Positions 29,843-40,565 of a stretch of 64,000 bases of DNA are shown in pieces. The stretch's first letter is position 1, and the number at the start of each line of letters is the position of its first letter. Under the pieces are notes generated by a model. It was not told the origin of the DNA. It ran no database searches and saw only the letters and a list, made by a program, of their open reading frames with translations. A program made the position numbers and the translations under genes. Source of the DNA: Saprospirales bacterium (GTDB lineage Bacteria; Bacteroidota; Bacteroidia; Chitinophagales; JADIYW01); assembly GCA_016711605.1 (NCBI GenBank), contig JADJSS010000044.1, positions 158,884 to 222,883 on the forward strand, read 5' to 3'.

Positions 29843-30163
29843 ATGTTTATATATAGTGTAACCATTCATATTGATAAGTCTTCGGAAAAAGACTGGTTGC
29901 ACTATATGCAAGAAAAACATATCGGCGACGTATTGGCGACGAACTATTTTTTATCTTGTATTCTTCGTAAAGATGTTTTAGATACATCAACTAATTTCAC
30001 AACTTACAATATTGAATATAGCTTAAAAGCCAAACAAGCATATATTGATTATCAGGAAAAAGAAGCACCACGATTACAAGCAGACGTAAAAAAATATTTC
30101 GACGGAAAATTTACCGCTGAACGTACTTTTTACGAAGTACTTTTAGAGAAAAATAATTATTAA
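29843..30163 (+). CDS. DUF4286-like small protein
   Basis: 106 aa starting 'MFIYSVTIHIDKSSEKDWLHYM'. Family recalled from memory. Confidence 0.45.
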   Translation: MFIYSVTIHIDKSSEKDWLHYMQEKHIGDVLATNYFLSCILRKDVLDTSTNFTTYNIEYSLKAKQAYIDYQEKEAPRLQADVKKYFDGKFTAERTFYEVLLEKNNY

Positions 30164-31014
30164 AATCTTCTAAACGTATTTTGTCCAGCTCGTTTGGCTT
30201 TTAAGATATGTTCAAAATCCTGTTCATTTTTTAAGAGCGAACCATAATAAGGTGGTTGTGCAGCTACGAAATCAATTTTTTCCAAATCTTCTTTCGTGTT
30301 TTTTCCCAATTTCAATAAACGAATCCAATCAATCAATTCAGAAGTAGATGGTTTCTTTTTGATGCCGTGAATTTCTCGAATTCCATAAAACACTTTCATG
30401 GCTTCTTCCATCAAATCATCTTCAATAGTTGGAAAATGCACTTTCACAATATCAATCATCGTTTGTCGTTCTGGAAAACGAATAAAATGAAAAAAGCATC
30501 TGCGTAAAAAAGCATCTGGTAATTCTTTTTCATTGTTAGAAGTGATAATTACAATTGGTCGATTTTTTGCTTTTATTGTTTTTTGTAATTCATAACAATA
30601 AAATTCCATCTTATCTAATTCCAACAACAAATCATTTGGAAACTCAATATCTGCTTTATCAATTTCATCAATCAACAACACCGATTTTTCTTCGCTTTCA
30701 AATGCTTGCCACATTTTTCCTTTAATGATATAGTGCGAAATATCTTTAGTTTTATCATCGCCAAATTGCGAATCACGCAAACGTGCAACAGCATCATATT
30801 CGTACAAACCTTGCTGTGCAGTTGTTGTGGATTTCACATGCCAAGTATGAATATCTTTGCCTAATGCTTTTGCGATTTCAAACGCTAACAACGTTTTTCC
30901 AGTTCCAGGTTCGCCTTTTATCAATAATGGTTTTTCGAGCGCAATAGCTGCATTAACTGCAATTTGCAACTCTTCTGTTGCTATGTAATTTTCCGTTCCT
31001 TTAAATTCCTGCAT
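30160..31014 (-). CDS. MoxR-type AAA+ ATPase
   Basis: 284 aa with Walker A 'GEPGTGKT' and Walker B 'VLLIDEIDK'. It is paired with the upstream VWA gene. Confidence 0.8.
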   Translation of the reverse strand: MQEFKGTENYIATEELQIAVNAAIALEKPLLIKGEPGTGKTLLAFEIAKALGKDIHTWHVKSTTTAQQGLYEYDAVARLRDSQFGDDKTKDISHYIIKGKMWQAFESEEKSVLLIDEIDKADIEFPNDLLLELDKMEFYCYELQKTIKAKNRPIVIITSNNEKELPDAFLRRCFFHFIRFPERQTMIDIVKVHFPTIEDDLMEEAMKVFYGIREIHGIKKKPSTSELIDWIRLLKLGKNTKEDLEKIDFVAAQPPYYGSLLKNEQDFEHILKAKRAGQNTFRRF

Positions 31015-31046
31015 GAGTTAAGATTATAAATTTTAAATTATAGATT

Positions 31047-32234
31047 TCAATGTACCACTTTTTTTCCTTTCAATGTTTTCATGGCGTTTGCCAAACCATC
31101 TAATGTCATCGGAAACATTCTGTCTTTAAAAATGTGCTTGATAATTTTGGTGGAAGGCACGCCGTCCCAATAATATTCATTACTTGGATTCAGCCACACA
31201 ATATTCGGAAATTTATCGACAAACCGTTGCAACCAAGCTGCACCACTTTCATCGTTGTAATGTTCAACACTTCCACCTAATGCTGTAATTTCATACGGCG
31301 ACATCGTTGCATCACCAACAAAAATAATGCGATAATCCTGATTGAATTTATGCAGAATTTCAAACGTTGGAATTCTATCATTATGACGCATGTTGTTATC
31401 TTTCCAGATACTTTCGTACACACAATTATGAAAATAAAAGAACTCCAAATGTTTCAATTCTGATTTAGCTGCTGAAAAAATTTGTTCGCAAATTTCCACG
31501 TGCGGATCCATTGAACCACCAACATCAAAAAACAATAATACTTTTACTCTGTTTTTTTTTGGTGCTTGCATTTCAATATCTAAATAGCCAGCATTTTTAC
31601 AGGTTTTTTCTATCGTTGTATGCAAATCCAATTCATCTTCGATGCCTTCACGTGTTAGTATTCTTAAGCGTTTTAGTGCTAATTTTATATTACGTGTGTT
31701 GAGTTCAACATCGCTTGCATAATTTTGGTATTCGCGTTTTTCCCAAACTTTTATCGCAGATTTTTGACCACCACTTCCACCAATTCTAACACCTTCTGGA
31801 TTGTAACCACCATGACCAAACGGTGAAGTGCCGCCAGTTCCAATCCATTTATTTCCACCTTGATGTTTTTCTTTTTGCTCTTCTAATAGTTGTTTTAAGC
31901 GTTCCATCACTTTCTCTAAACCACCTAATTTTTCTATCAACGCTTTTTCTTCTTCAGAAAACAATCGGTCGATTTCTTTTTTGAGCCAATCTTCTGGAAT
32001 TTCTTTTTTTTCTATGTCTGACAATTCAATTCCATGAAAATAGTTTCCAAACAATAAATCGTAGCGATCTAAAAACTGTTCGTGTTTTATTAAAATTGTT
32101 TTCGATAAAAAATAAAAATCTTCTACGTTAAACGCTGCCACTCTTTTGTTGAGTGCCTCCAATAAATTTAAATATTCGCCAATGGTTACTGGCAAACCTT
32201 CTTCTTTTAATAAAAGGAAAAAGTCTAAAAACAT
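31047..32234 (-). CDS. VWA domain protein (CoxE-like partner of MoxR ATPase)
   Basis: 395 aa. The C-terminal half has a MIDAS-like 'VLLFFDVGGSMD' and a glycine-rich linker. Confidence 0.7.
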   Translation of the reverse strand: MFLDFFLLLKEEGLPVTIGEYLNLLEALNKRVAAFNVEDFYFLSKTILIKHEQFLDRYDLLFGNYFHGIELSDIEKKEIPEDWLKKEIDRLFSEEEKALIEKLGGLEKVMERLKQLLEEQKEKHQGGNKWIGTGGTSPFGHGGYNPEGVRIGGSGGQKSAIKVWEKREYQNYASDVELNTRNIKLALKRLRILTREGIEDELDLHTTIEKTCKNAGYLDIEMQAPKKNRVKVLLFFDVGGSMDPHVEICEQIFSAAKSELKHLEFFYFHNCVYESIWKDNNMRHNDRIPTFEILHKFNQDYRIIFVGDATMSPYEITALGGSVEHYNDESGAAWLQRFVDKFPNIVWLNPSNEYYWDGVPSTKIIKHIFKDRMFPMTLDGLANAMKTLKGKKVVH

Positions 32235-32312
32235 ATGCTAAAGTTAAAAGATATTCGTTAATAGTTATACGGTATAATTGATTTTCTAATTATCTTGTGT
32301 AAAATAGTTTTT

Positions 32313-32834
32313 ATGAGTGTACAATTAGCAAAAAAATATAATGAGATTGAAAAGATTAAACAAGAATTCTTATTAAAAATAGAAACTATTTCTCCAGAAA
32401 AATTGAATACAGTTCCTGCAGAAGGAAAATGGAGTTTAGGTCAAGTTTATTTTCATTTATATTATGCTGAAAGTGGAACGATTAAAGTGATTCAAAAAAA
32501 TCTCAGAGAAAATAAGATTAAAAATAAAAGCGGCATTTCTGACAGCTTACGAAGTGTGCTATTGAAAGCAGTCATGCGTTCTCCATTAAAAATAAAAGCA
32601 CCAGCAGTCGCCAGTAAAGTTCCTGATTCAATTACATTTGATGAAATAAAAGAATATTTTGCTATGAATAGTGAAAATTACAGACAATTATTAAATGATT
32701 TGCCGATGGAATTGGAAGACAAACAAATCTTTAAGCATCCGTTGGCTGGTTTGTTTAATATAGAACAAACGATACATTTTGTACGAGAACATTATTTGCA
32801 TCATGAAAAGCAAGTAAATGCTTTACTAAAATGA
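32313..32834 (+). CDS. DinB-family protein
   Basis: ORF 32295..32834; the likely ATG is at 32313. It shows 'GKWSLGQVYFHL' and a C-terminal 'HYLHHEKQV' histidine pattern. Confidence 0.6.
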   Translation: MSVQLAKKYNEIEKIKQEFLLKIETISPEKLNTVPAEGKWSLGQVYFHLYYAESGTIKVIQKNLRENKIKNKSGISDSLRSVLLKAVMRSPLKIKAPAVASKVPDSITFDEIKEYFAMNSENYRQLLNDLPMELEDKQIFKHPLAGLFNIEQTIHFVREHYLHHEKQVNALLK

Positions 32835-32941
32835 TGATTATCAACAATTCATAACATTATAGATACTTTAATTGTTGTATATTTGCGTTAAAGTTGGACT
32901 TAGCTACAACTTTTATCCTATTTATTACAAATTCAAAAACA

Positions 32942-34216
32942 ATGTTATTTAAAGAATTAGAAATCATTGAGCCGATTTTACAGGCGCTCAAAACAGAAGG
33001 TTATACACAACCAACACCTATCCAAGAACAATCCATTCCAATTATATTAAAAAGAAAAGATTTATTAGGTTGTGCTCAGACAGGCACCGGAAAAACAGCA
33101 GCTTTTGCTATTCCAATGTTGCAAATTTTAGACGCAGAAAAAAAAGCTGCACCAAACAACAGAACCGTAAAAGCATTAATACTAACACCAACACGTGAAT
33201 TAGCCATCCAAATCGACGAAAGCTTTGCTGCTTATGGTCGACATTTAAAAATATCGCACAAAGTAATTTTTGGTGGTGTGCCACAATATTCGCAAGTGCA
33301 AGCACTAAAAGCTGGCGTCGATATTTTAATAGCAACACCAGGTCGTTTATTAGATTTAGTAAATCAAGGTTTTGTGGATTTGAGACATTTAAAATTATTT
33401 GTGTTAGATGAAGCTGACCGAATGCTGGACATGGGTTTTATTAATGATGTAAAAAAGATCATTAAAATTATTCCAGAAAAAAGACAAACCTTATTTTTCT
33501 CAGCAACGATGCCACAGGAAATTCAATTATTATCGAAAACGATTTTAACGAATCCTGAAAAAGTAGAAGTAACACCAGTTTCTTCAACAGCAAACACTAT
33601 TGAGCAATACATCTTTTTTGCAGAGAAAAAAGATAAACCAAAATTGTTGATTCATTTATTGCAAGATAAAACGATTCAAACTGCTTTAGTATTTACCAGA
33701 ACAAAACATGGTGCTGACAAAGTAGTAAAAATGTTGTTAGAAGCGAAAATAAAATCTGCTGCAATACACGGAAATAAATCGCAGAATGCGCGACAAGCTG
33801 CTTTGCAGAATTTCAAAAACAAAACCATACGCGTGTTGGTAGCTACAGATATTGCTGCACGAGGCATCGATGTGGATGATTTGTCGCATGTATTTAATTA
33901 TGAATTGCCAGAAGTTCCTGAAACGTATGTACATCGAATTGGAAGAACTGGTAGAGCAGGAAATTCAGGTATTTCTTTTTCATTTTGTGATACAGAAGAA
34001 AAAGCATTATTGCGCGATATTCAGCGATTGATTAACAAACAAATTCCTGTTCGTGTTGACCATCCATATCCAATAGCTAATGCAGTAGTGGAATTGCGCG
34101 ATGTGCATTTTCATAAAAATAATGCGCAACAATTTAAAGTTGCACAAAAAAAACAATTACCACAACAAGGAAATAAGCCAAAGAAAAAATGGCATTCAAA
34201 ACCTGCTGCAAAGTAG
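32942..34216 (+). CDS. DEAD-box ATP-dependent RNA helicase
   Basis: Motifs 'AQTGTGKT', 'PTRELA', 'DEAD', 'SAT' and 'HRIGRTGRAG', with a basic C-terminal tail. The likely start is 'MLFKELEI' at 32942. Confidence 0.9.
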   Translation: MLFKELEIIEPILQALKTEGYTQPTPIQEQSIPIILKRKDLLGCAQTGTGKTAAFAIPMLQILDAEKKAAPNNRTVKALILTPTRELAIQIDESFAAYGRHLKISHKVIFGGVPQYSQVQALKAGVDILIATPGRLLDLVNQGFVDLRHLKLFVLDEADRMLDMGFINDVKKIIKIIPEKRQTLFFSATMPQEIQLLSKTILTNPEKVEVTPVSSTANTIEQYIFFAEKKDKPKLLIHLLQDKTIQTALVFTRTKHGADKVVKMLLEAKIKSAAIHGNKSQNARQAALQNFKNKTIRVLVATDIAARGIDVDDLSHVFNYELPEVPETYVHRIGRTGRAGNSGISFSFCDTEEKALLRDIQRLINKQIPVRVDHPYPIANAVVELRDVHFHKNNAQQFKVAQKKQLPQQGNKPKKKWHSKPAAK

Positions 34217-34286
34217 AAATTGAAATTCAATATCTGTTATGATAAATACCAAAGTTAAATTGCTTTGGTATTTTTTTTTATCTTGC

Positions 34287-34994
34287 ATGAAGTTTATGAT
34301 AAAATATATCAAACATATTGCAATTTTACTTTTTCTTCATTTAGTATTTAGTTTTGATGGTCAAGCACAAACTTTGACAGACTTGAAATATTTCGGGTTG
34401 AAAGGAAAAGTTAAGAAACAAGTAACAACTTATTACACCAATATTATAGAAGATTCTGGCGAATGGTACATAAAAGATTCCAATTCTAATTATTCAATAA
34501 CCAGAACATTTGATAAAGAAGGTTTATTAAATGAAACTATTCAAAAAGGAATTAACACAGACAATAGAAGAATTTATACCATTAAAAATTCAAGAAAAAC
34601 TGAAAATTTCTTTTATTCAAAAGGAAAGCAAACTAATTACTCTAAGTATATTTATACAGATTCTTCAATGATTGAAAAAGAATACACACTTAATGGTAAG
34701 TTGTCAATGAAAATAAGTTCATTTTTTGATAAAAACTTAATAGTAACATCTGAAGAAATCAAGAATTATAAAGAAGATCAAACTTTAGACAGTGATATAA
34801 AAACAATTTTTGAAAATGATAATGATGGTTTCTCTACGCGTTTTATAAAACTCGATATGCTTACAAGAAAAGAAGATGTATATACTTTAAACTTTATAAA
34901 AAGAGATGAAACTGGAAATTCTATCAAAGCTTTAAAACTAATAAATAACAATCCTTATGCTATCCAAATAACAAGCTATGAATATTATTATTGA
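34287..34994 (+). CDS. Hypothetical exported protein
   Basis: ORF 34239..34994. The signal-like start 'MKFMIKYIKHIAILLFLHLVFSFDGQAQ' is at 34287. Confidence 0.45.
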   Translation: MKFMIKYIKHIAILLFLHLVFSFDGQAQTLTDLKYFGLKGKVKKQVTTYYTNIIEDSGEWYIKDSNSNYSITRTFDKEGLLNETIQKGINTDNRRIYTIKNSRKTENFFYSKGKQTNYSKYIYTDSSMIEKEYTLNGKLSMKISSFFDKNLIVTSEEIKNYKEDQTLDSDIKTIFENDNDGFSTRFIKLDMLTRKEDVYTLNFIKRDETGNSIKALKLINNNPYAIQITSYEYYY

Positions 34995-35002
34995 TAGCAA
35001 AA

Positions 35003-36211
35003 TTACAACGCATGTTTTGGTGTTTCCATATTTTTGATATCATCCAAATAAGCTTGTTTTACGGCAGCTGCAACTACTTTTGCAACATTCATATCTAAGG
35101 TAGAAGGCACAATATTATCACGATGCAAATCGGTTACACATTCAGCAATTGCATACGCTGCAGCTACTTTCATGCGCGCTGTTATGCGTCGCGCTCTGAT
35201 ATCTAAAGCACCACGAAAAATACCAGGAAATGCTAATACATTATTGATTTGATTAGGCACATCACTTCTACCAGTGCCAACTACACCAGCACCACCTTTG
35301 TATGCTTTCTCTGGTGAAATTTCAGGATTTGGATTTGCCAATGCAAAAATAATCGGCAATGGATTCATCGTTTGCACATCTGTTGTTGATAGCAAATCAC
35401 CTTGACTCACACCAATAAAAACATCTGCACCACGCAATGCATCTTTCAATGTTCCTTTAATATTTTCTCTGTTAGAATATTTTAAAATTTCGCGTTTAAA
35501 ATCATTCAAATCAGAACGATCTTTATGAATGATACCTTTGGTATCGCACATTACAATTTGCTTTACCGAAGTACAGAAGCTATTATCAACATCGTGACAC
35601 ATCAGCAATTTTGAGATTGCCAAACCAGCAGCGCCTGCACCGTTTATCACTACATTTAGTTCTGCAATATTCTTCTTTAATAATTTACAAGCATTAATAA
35701 TTCCAGCCAATACTACAATGGCAGTTCCATGCTGGTCATCGTGAAAGACTGGAATACCTAATGTTTGCAGGCGTTCTTCGATTTCAAAACAACGTGGTGA
35801 TGAAATATCTTCTAAATTAATTCCACCAAAAACTGGTGCAATATTTCGAATCGTTTGAATAATTTCTTCGGTATTTTGCGTTGCCAAACAAATTGGAAAA
35901 GCATCCACATTTGCAAATTTTTTAAACAACATTGCTTTGCCTTCCATTACTGGAATCGCAGCTTCCGGACCTAAATTCCCTAAACCTAAAATGGCAGAAC
36001 CATCCGTAACAACTGCAACACAATTTCCTTTGATGGTTAAATCCCAAACTTTTTCTTCATCATTTGCAATTTGACGAACTGGTTCGGCAACGCCTGGTGA
36101 ATAACATAAGGTCAAATCTTTTTTAGTCTTTAAATCAGTTTTTAAAGAAATAGATATTTTACCTTGTAGTTTTTGATGTAGCTCTAATGATTCTCTGGAA
36201 TAATCTTTCAT
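35003..36211 (-). CDS. NAD(P)-dependent malic enzyme (short form)
   Basis: 402 aa with 'LCYSPGVAEP', 'FGGINLEDI' and 'VINGAGAAGLAI'. Confidence 0.85.
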   Translation of the reverse strand: MKDYSRESLELHQKLQGKISISLKTDLKTKKDLTLCYSPGVAEPVRQIANDEEKVWDLTIKGNCVAVVTDGSAILGLGNLGPEAAIPVMEGKAMLFKKFANVDAFPICLATQNTEEIIQTIRNIAPVFGGINLEDISSPRCFEIEERLQTLGIPVFHDDQHGTAIVVLAGIINACKLLKKNIAELNVVINGAGAAGLAISKLLMCHDVDNSFCTSVKQIVMCDTKGIIHKDRSDLNDFKREILKYSNRENIKGTLKDALRGADVFIGVSQGDLLSTTDVQTMNPLPIIFALANPNPEISPEKAYKGGAGVVGTGRSDVPNQINNVLAFPGIFRGALDIRARRITARMKVAAAYAIAECVTDLHRDNIVPSTLDMNVAKVVAAAVKQAYLDDIKNMETPKHAL

Positions 36212-36496
36212 GTGTATGAATTTAATTTTTTAAAGGCGCACATGGAATGGAATTAATGTTTTTAAAACTATAAGTATTTCCATTACATTTCATCTTCTTC
36301 TGTTTATTGTTTTTTAATTGTGAAGATGGAATGCCATGATACAATATCATTATGCAACAATTTCAGATGGCATTTCATAATACAACTTCTAAGTTAAATG
36401 TAAAATTGTGGAATGCTAAGATAATCAGATTATAATTTTTTATTATTTAATTTAGGTTATCATTAAATTGTTTAATGAAAAATTAAAAAGACGATA

Positions 36497-37243
36497 TTAA
36501 TTAATTCGTTCTAGTAATTCATCTTTTTTACTGCGAGCAACTGCTAATTCCATACCATTCGACATGACTACAAAAATGTTATTATCTTGTCTAATAATAT
36601 TTTCAATTTTATCTAAATTTATAATATTGGATTGATGGATTCTCAAGAAATTCTCGTTTATTTCTAAAATTGCTTCAATTTCTTTGAGTGTTTTTGCCAC
36701 CATTATTTTCTTATTTTTTGTGAGAAACAAATGAGAATAATTACTTTCGGCTGTGCAGCAAATCAACTCATCTGTTGCAATTATATGTGCACCATCAGAA
36801 TTAGAAATTAAAAAACGTTTGCCTTTTTTTTCTGAATTTTCTAATTGTTCTTTTAGTATTTCGTATTGCACAGATTTATAGTTTTTATCCACTATGTTCT
36901 TTGCTTTTTGCAAAGCAGTTTCAATTGTATTTTTGGTAACTGGTTTTAAAATATAATCTAACGCACTACATTCAATGGCGCGCAAACCAAATTGATTATA
37001 CGCAGTACAAAAAATAATTTCTGGTTTATGAACATCTAATTTTTGCACCAAATCAAAACCAGTACCATCAGGCATTTCGATATCTAGAAAAATCAAATCC
37101 GGTTTTTTAGAATTTACTAGTTCAATGCCAGATTTTACAGCATTCGCTTCACCAAGAATAGTTACATCAAGTTGAATTTTTTGAATGAGATAACTGATGA
37201 TATCTCGGTTGGTTTTTTCGTCGTCTATGATACAAACAGTCAT
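36497..37243 (-). CDS. LytTR-family response regulator
   Basis: 248 aa. It has a receiver domain ('DLIFLDIEMPDGTGFD') and a C-terminal LytTR DNA-binding domain ('FLRIHQSNIINLDKI'). Confidence 0.85.
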   Translation of the reverse strand: MTVCIIDDEKTNRDIISYLIQKIQLDVTILGEANAVKSGIELVNSKKPDLIFLDIEMPDGTGFDLVQKLDVHKPEIIFCTAYNQFGLRAIECSALDYILKPVTKNTIETALQKAKNIVDKNYKSVQYEILKEQLENSEKKGKRFLISNSDGAHIIATDELICCTAESNYSHLFLTKNKKIMVAKTLKEIEAILEINENFLRIHQSNIINLDKIENIIRQDNNIFVVMSNGMELAVARSKKDELLERIN

Positions 37244-37252
37244 GAATTTTTT

Positions 37253-39292
37253 TTATAAAACTGGTAAATGAATAATTATTTTGGTGCCTGTTGCTTTTTT
37301 TTGTTCATTATATAAATCAACAATTTGAAGTGAAGCTTTATGCACATCAGCATTTTGATTTAAGATATTAATTCTATCCTGAATAATATTGATAGCAATT
37401 GATTTATTATTTTTTGTTCGATAACGCAAATTATATTCTTCTGCTTTTTTTCTGCCAATTCCATTGTCTGTAATTTCACAATGCACCATATTATTTATAA
37501 AACTAAAATAAACCAGCACATAACCTTTGTAACTAATGAATTTGAACGCGTGCCAAATTACATTTTCTAAAAAAGGTTGTATCATCATAATTGGAATTTT
37601 TACAAAATCGGTTGAAAGTCCAGGTTCAATTTTGATGTCAAAATCAAATAAATGATTGTTGCGTTCTTGTTCTAATTTCAAATAAGTAGTTAATAATAAA
37701 ATTTCATTGTCTAGCGAAATATCTGGTTCTGATGAGTTTTCGAGCACCATTCTAATTAACGATGCGAAATTATGCAACATAGAAGATGCTTTTTCATTAT
37801 CGTTAGTAACGATAGAATGCTGAATTGAATTCATGCAATTAAAAATAAAATGCGGATTCATTTGTGATGACAAAGCTTGCATTTGTATTTCTACTTTTTC
37901 TTTCTCAAAAGATTGGATTAATGCAAGACGTTTTTGATCTTCTATTAAGAGATTTTGTTGTTCAATTTCAGCAACACGTTCTTTTACTTTTTCTTCTAAG
38001 ATAGTATTTTCATTTTTGATGAACTCTTCGCTTTGCTGTAGTTCAAATATCAACTGATCTTTTAGTTTTTCAGATGCTAAAAATGAATCTTTAATTCTTA
38101 TAATTAAAGCGACTGAAAATATTATAAGCTCGAGTGCAACACCTACGTATAAGATATTTACATCCACATAAAAATCTTTAATAGGAAAATTTATTTTTTG
38201 CAAGGTAGATATTGCTGTAAAAACAGTGTAAACAATGCTTCCTGAAAAAATAATTCTCTGAAATAAATTTTTGTTTACAATATTATACGTTGCAATCAAC
38301 GTAACTATACTAAAAAAGAAAATTGGAATTCTATACAAACTATATATCAATGGTTCGTTATAAAATGAAATTGAAAATAAATGACCTAAAACAATAACAC
38401 CAACATAAACCAATGAAAAATATTTTAGTGCCATGGTAGAATAATATATAACTTTTTCATTCTTCGTAATTCGAAATGCCTGTTGGTAAAAAATGCTGTA
38501 AAAAAATATCATCAATCCTTTAGTAGATTCATCGACAGCACTGTTACCAATGACGTTAAACATTTTTATGTTTTTTGTAAAAATGTATTGTGCCATGTAT
38601 AAAATCTGACAAAAAGTAGTTAACAGATAAAAAGTATAGTACAGATAAATTTTATCTTTTAAATAATAAAATGCCAATAAATAAAATATGAACATAATAA
38701 GCACCATACCGAGTATAAACAAATACTGTAATGTAAATCCAAAATTTCTTTTGTTTGTATTCGTATTATATGTTGGAAAACTAAAAACATTTGAATAACA
38801 GTAAATACTATTTTTATTTACAAAATAATCTTTAAATGAAATTGGTTGATGAATCAAATAAGTATGCAATGTGCTTTTCGGCAGGATAGTAATTTCAAAA
38901 AATTGTTTATTAGATTTTATATAATCAGATTTTTTTAGAACTATTTTATTTGGTAAAATAGTATCAGCTTCACCAACATTATTGTATTTATTTAGAGTTG
39001 AATAAAATTTTAAATGTATAATTGTATCTGAAGTATTGACATAATTAACTACTGTAATAATTTTTTTATTCAACCGATAAGAAGTAGCGTTGTAAGGTTT
39101 TTCAATAATGAATGAATCATTTTCTATTGTTCCTATATAAGATTGAAAATGGTCATATATGGTATCTAATTCTGTATGAATACTTTGAAGTTGCTGTACT
39201 TGATATATGTTTGTACTAATATTTGCTGATACATTTGCAGTAATAAAGCAAGTAATAATTATAGCAACAATATATTTTTCGATGCGTATCAT
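37253..39292 (-). CDS. Sensor histidine kinase (7TMR-DISM-type sensor plus LytS-type His_kinase/HATPase)
   Basis: 679 aa. It has a signal/periplasmic domain, about 7 TM helices, a coiled coil, an H-box 'QMNPHFIFNCMNSI' and an ATPase 'ITDNGIG'. Confidence 0.8.
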   Translation of the reverse strand: MIRIEKYIVAIIITCFITANVSANISTNIYQVQQLQSIHTELDTIYDHFQSYIGTIENDSFIIEKPYNATSYRLNKKIITVVNYVNTSDTIIHLKFYSTLNKYNNVGEADTILPNKIVLKKSDYIKSNKQFFEITILPKSTLHTYLIHQPISFKDYFVNKNSIYCYSNVFSFPTYNTNTNKRNFGFTLQYLFILGMVLIMFIFYLLAFYYLKDKIYLYYTFYLLTTFCQILYMAQYIFTKNIKMFNVIGNSAVDESTKGLMIFFYSIFYQQAFRITKNEKVIYYSTMALKYFSLVYVGVIVLGHLFSISFYNEPLIYSLYRIPIFFFSIVTLIATYNIVNKNLFQRIIFSGSIVYTVFTAISTLQKINFPIKDFYVDVNILYVGVALELIIFSVALIIRIKDSFLASEKLKDQLIFELQQSEEFIKNENTILEEKVKERVAEIEQQNLLIEDQKRLALIQSFEKEKVEIQMQALSSQMNPHFIFNCMNSIQHSIVTNDNEKASSMLHNFASLIRMVLENSSEPDISLDNEILLLTTYLKLEQERNNHLFDFDIKIEPGLSTDFVKIPIMMIQPFLENVIWHAFKFISYKGYVLVYFSFINNMVHCEITDNGIGRKKAEEYNLRYRTKNNKSIAINIIQDRINILNQNADVHKASLQIVDLYNEQKKATGTKIIIHLPVL

Positions 39293-39400
39293 TTAATTTA
39301 AAAATACAATATTATTAATGAAAAAAAATTTGGTTCATTTTTCATGCACCAAAGTTTTTATCAACTTAAAAGTATTATTTTATACTATAAAACAAATGAA

Positions 39401-39435
39401 CCATTGAGTATTCTACTGTTTTATTGATTATTTGG
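39401..39435 (-). promoter_or_regulatory. Direct-repeat element (variant copy) upstream of the histidine kinase gene; candidate LytTR binding site
   Basis: The minus strand reads CCAAATAATCAATAAAACAGTAGAATACTCAATGG. It lies about 108 nt before the start at 39292 and overlaps the last codons of 39421..39954. Confidence 0.55.
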
Positions 39436-39954
39436 CACAAATGCATTTGGATTGTCTAACGTTTTTACGACTCGATCTAATGCAATTAAAATATCTGGTT
39501 TTTTGTTGTTGATTAATTCTAAAGTATAAATATCAAATTCAATTTCTTCGCCATTTTTGATATAAAACGTAGTGATTCCTTCGCTTCTTGAATTATTATT
39601 ATTGTATATAATTTTTCCTTTAAATGTATAATCTAAAATTTGGTGTAATGGAATTTCTATCGGATCATTTTTATCTATAAAAATTGAGATAAACGCTTCG
39701 CCAATAAATGGAATAATGCCAAGCCAATTAAACCGATATTTAAAGAAAGCAAGTCGCCGATTCGTTAAATAAAGTACACCACTGGTGTATTCTTTTTTTT
39801 CATTTCTTCTTAATAATTTTACTGCATCATTTACATCAACAATTTCTTCATTTCCGACTTTTTCAAAAACAAATTTGTCACGTACTTTTCCACCAATAAA
39901 TAGAAATAAAAATGTTGGTATTAAAATTAAAGCTGTAATAATTAAGAATGCCAT
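39421..39954 (-). CDS. Membrane-anchored protein with a PH/GRAM-like domain
   Basis: 177 aa with an N-terminal TM helix and a 'GVLYLTNRRLAFFKY' GRAM/bacterial-PH-like strand. Confidence 0.45.
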   Translation of the reverse strand: MAFLIITALILIPTFLFLFIGGKVRDKFVFEKVGNEEIVDVNDAVKLLRRNEKKEYTSGVLYLTNRRLAFFKYRFNWLGIIPFIGEAFISIFIDKNDPIEIPLHQILDYTFKGKIIYNNNNSRSEGITTFYIKNGEEIEFDIYTLELINNKKPDILIALDRVVKTLDNPNAFVPNNQ

Positions 39955-39980
39955 AGTTTTAAAAGTTTGATTATTAATAA

Positions 39981-40544
39981 TTATTTTTCACCAGCATTTA
40001 TTGGTGTATCAGCAATTTTATGAAGTGCATATTCTTTAATTTCCAATGTTTCTCCATTAGTAATATTAATTTTCATCCATCCATATTGATAACCACCTTG
40101 AGAATTTTGTTTACGAAAACCAACATAAAAATCACCAATATCAGAATAACCATAATCGGTTCCATTTGATAATAAATGACGAAGGAAAATATGACCATTT
40201 TTCCAAATATTTAAATTTGGTTGTATACTTGATCCTTTGTTAATGTTCTTTATTACAAAGGCATCACTTACCATCTCTACCAAAAACTGGTACTTATTAT
40301 CATATACTCTCAAATCTATTGTGTGTTGATTTGGATCATCGTCAGTATGAGTGACAACAAACTGAAAATCCTGAACTATTTCGCCATCAATATTTACATC
40401 TACAGAATTGAAAAGTGTAGGATAAACAGCTGCCACCTTAATATTTAAATTCACTTCATTAATATCAGGATTATTAGTTTCTTTTTCTTTTTTGCATGCT
40501 ATTATTGATAATAATAATATCGCAACTAGTTGTAATCTTTTCAT
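39981..40544 (-). CDS. Lipoprotein of unknown function
   Basis: 187 aa with lipobox 'LLLSIIAC'. The C-terminus 'GYQYGWMKINITNGETLEIKEYALHKIADTPINAGEK' is shared with the next gene. Confidence 0.55.
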   Translation of the reverse strand: MKRLQLVAILLLSIIACKKEKETNNPDINEVNLNIKVAAVYPTLFNSVDVNIDGEIVQDFQFVVTHTDDDPNQHTIDLRVYDNKYQFLVEMVSDAFVIKNINKGSSIQPNLNIWKNGHIFLRHLLSNGTDYGYSDIGDFYVGFRKQNSQGGYQYGWMKINITNGETLEIKEYALHKIADTPINAGEK

Positions 40545-40565
40545 TTTATTTTTTTTTAAAGACTA

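Noticed and set aside
30160-32234. MoxR AAA+ ATPase plus VWA protein pair, considered as a candidate novel or defence module
   Set aside because: This two-gene pairing is widespread and conserved in housekeeping contexts. Nothing in the flanks (CoA transferase, DinB, helicase) suggests an accessory or defence island.
36212-36496. Unusually long (285 bp) spacer upstream of the malic enzyme gene, containing an 8-bp inverted repeat (AATGCCAT / ATGGCATT) and a possible 23-codon ORF; considered as a riboswitch, sRNA or leader peptide
   Set aside because: I could recognise no known riboswitch consensus. The stem is short with a ~30-nt loop and the mini-ORF has no supporting features. There is not enough evidence to call a feature.
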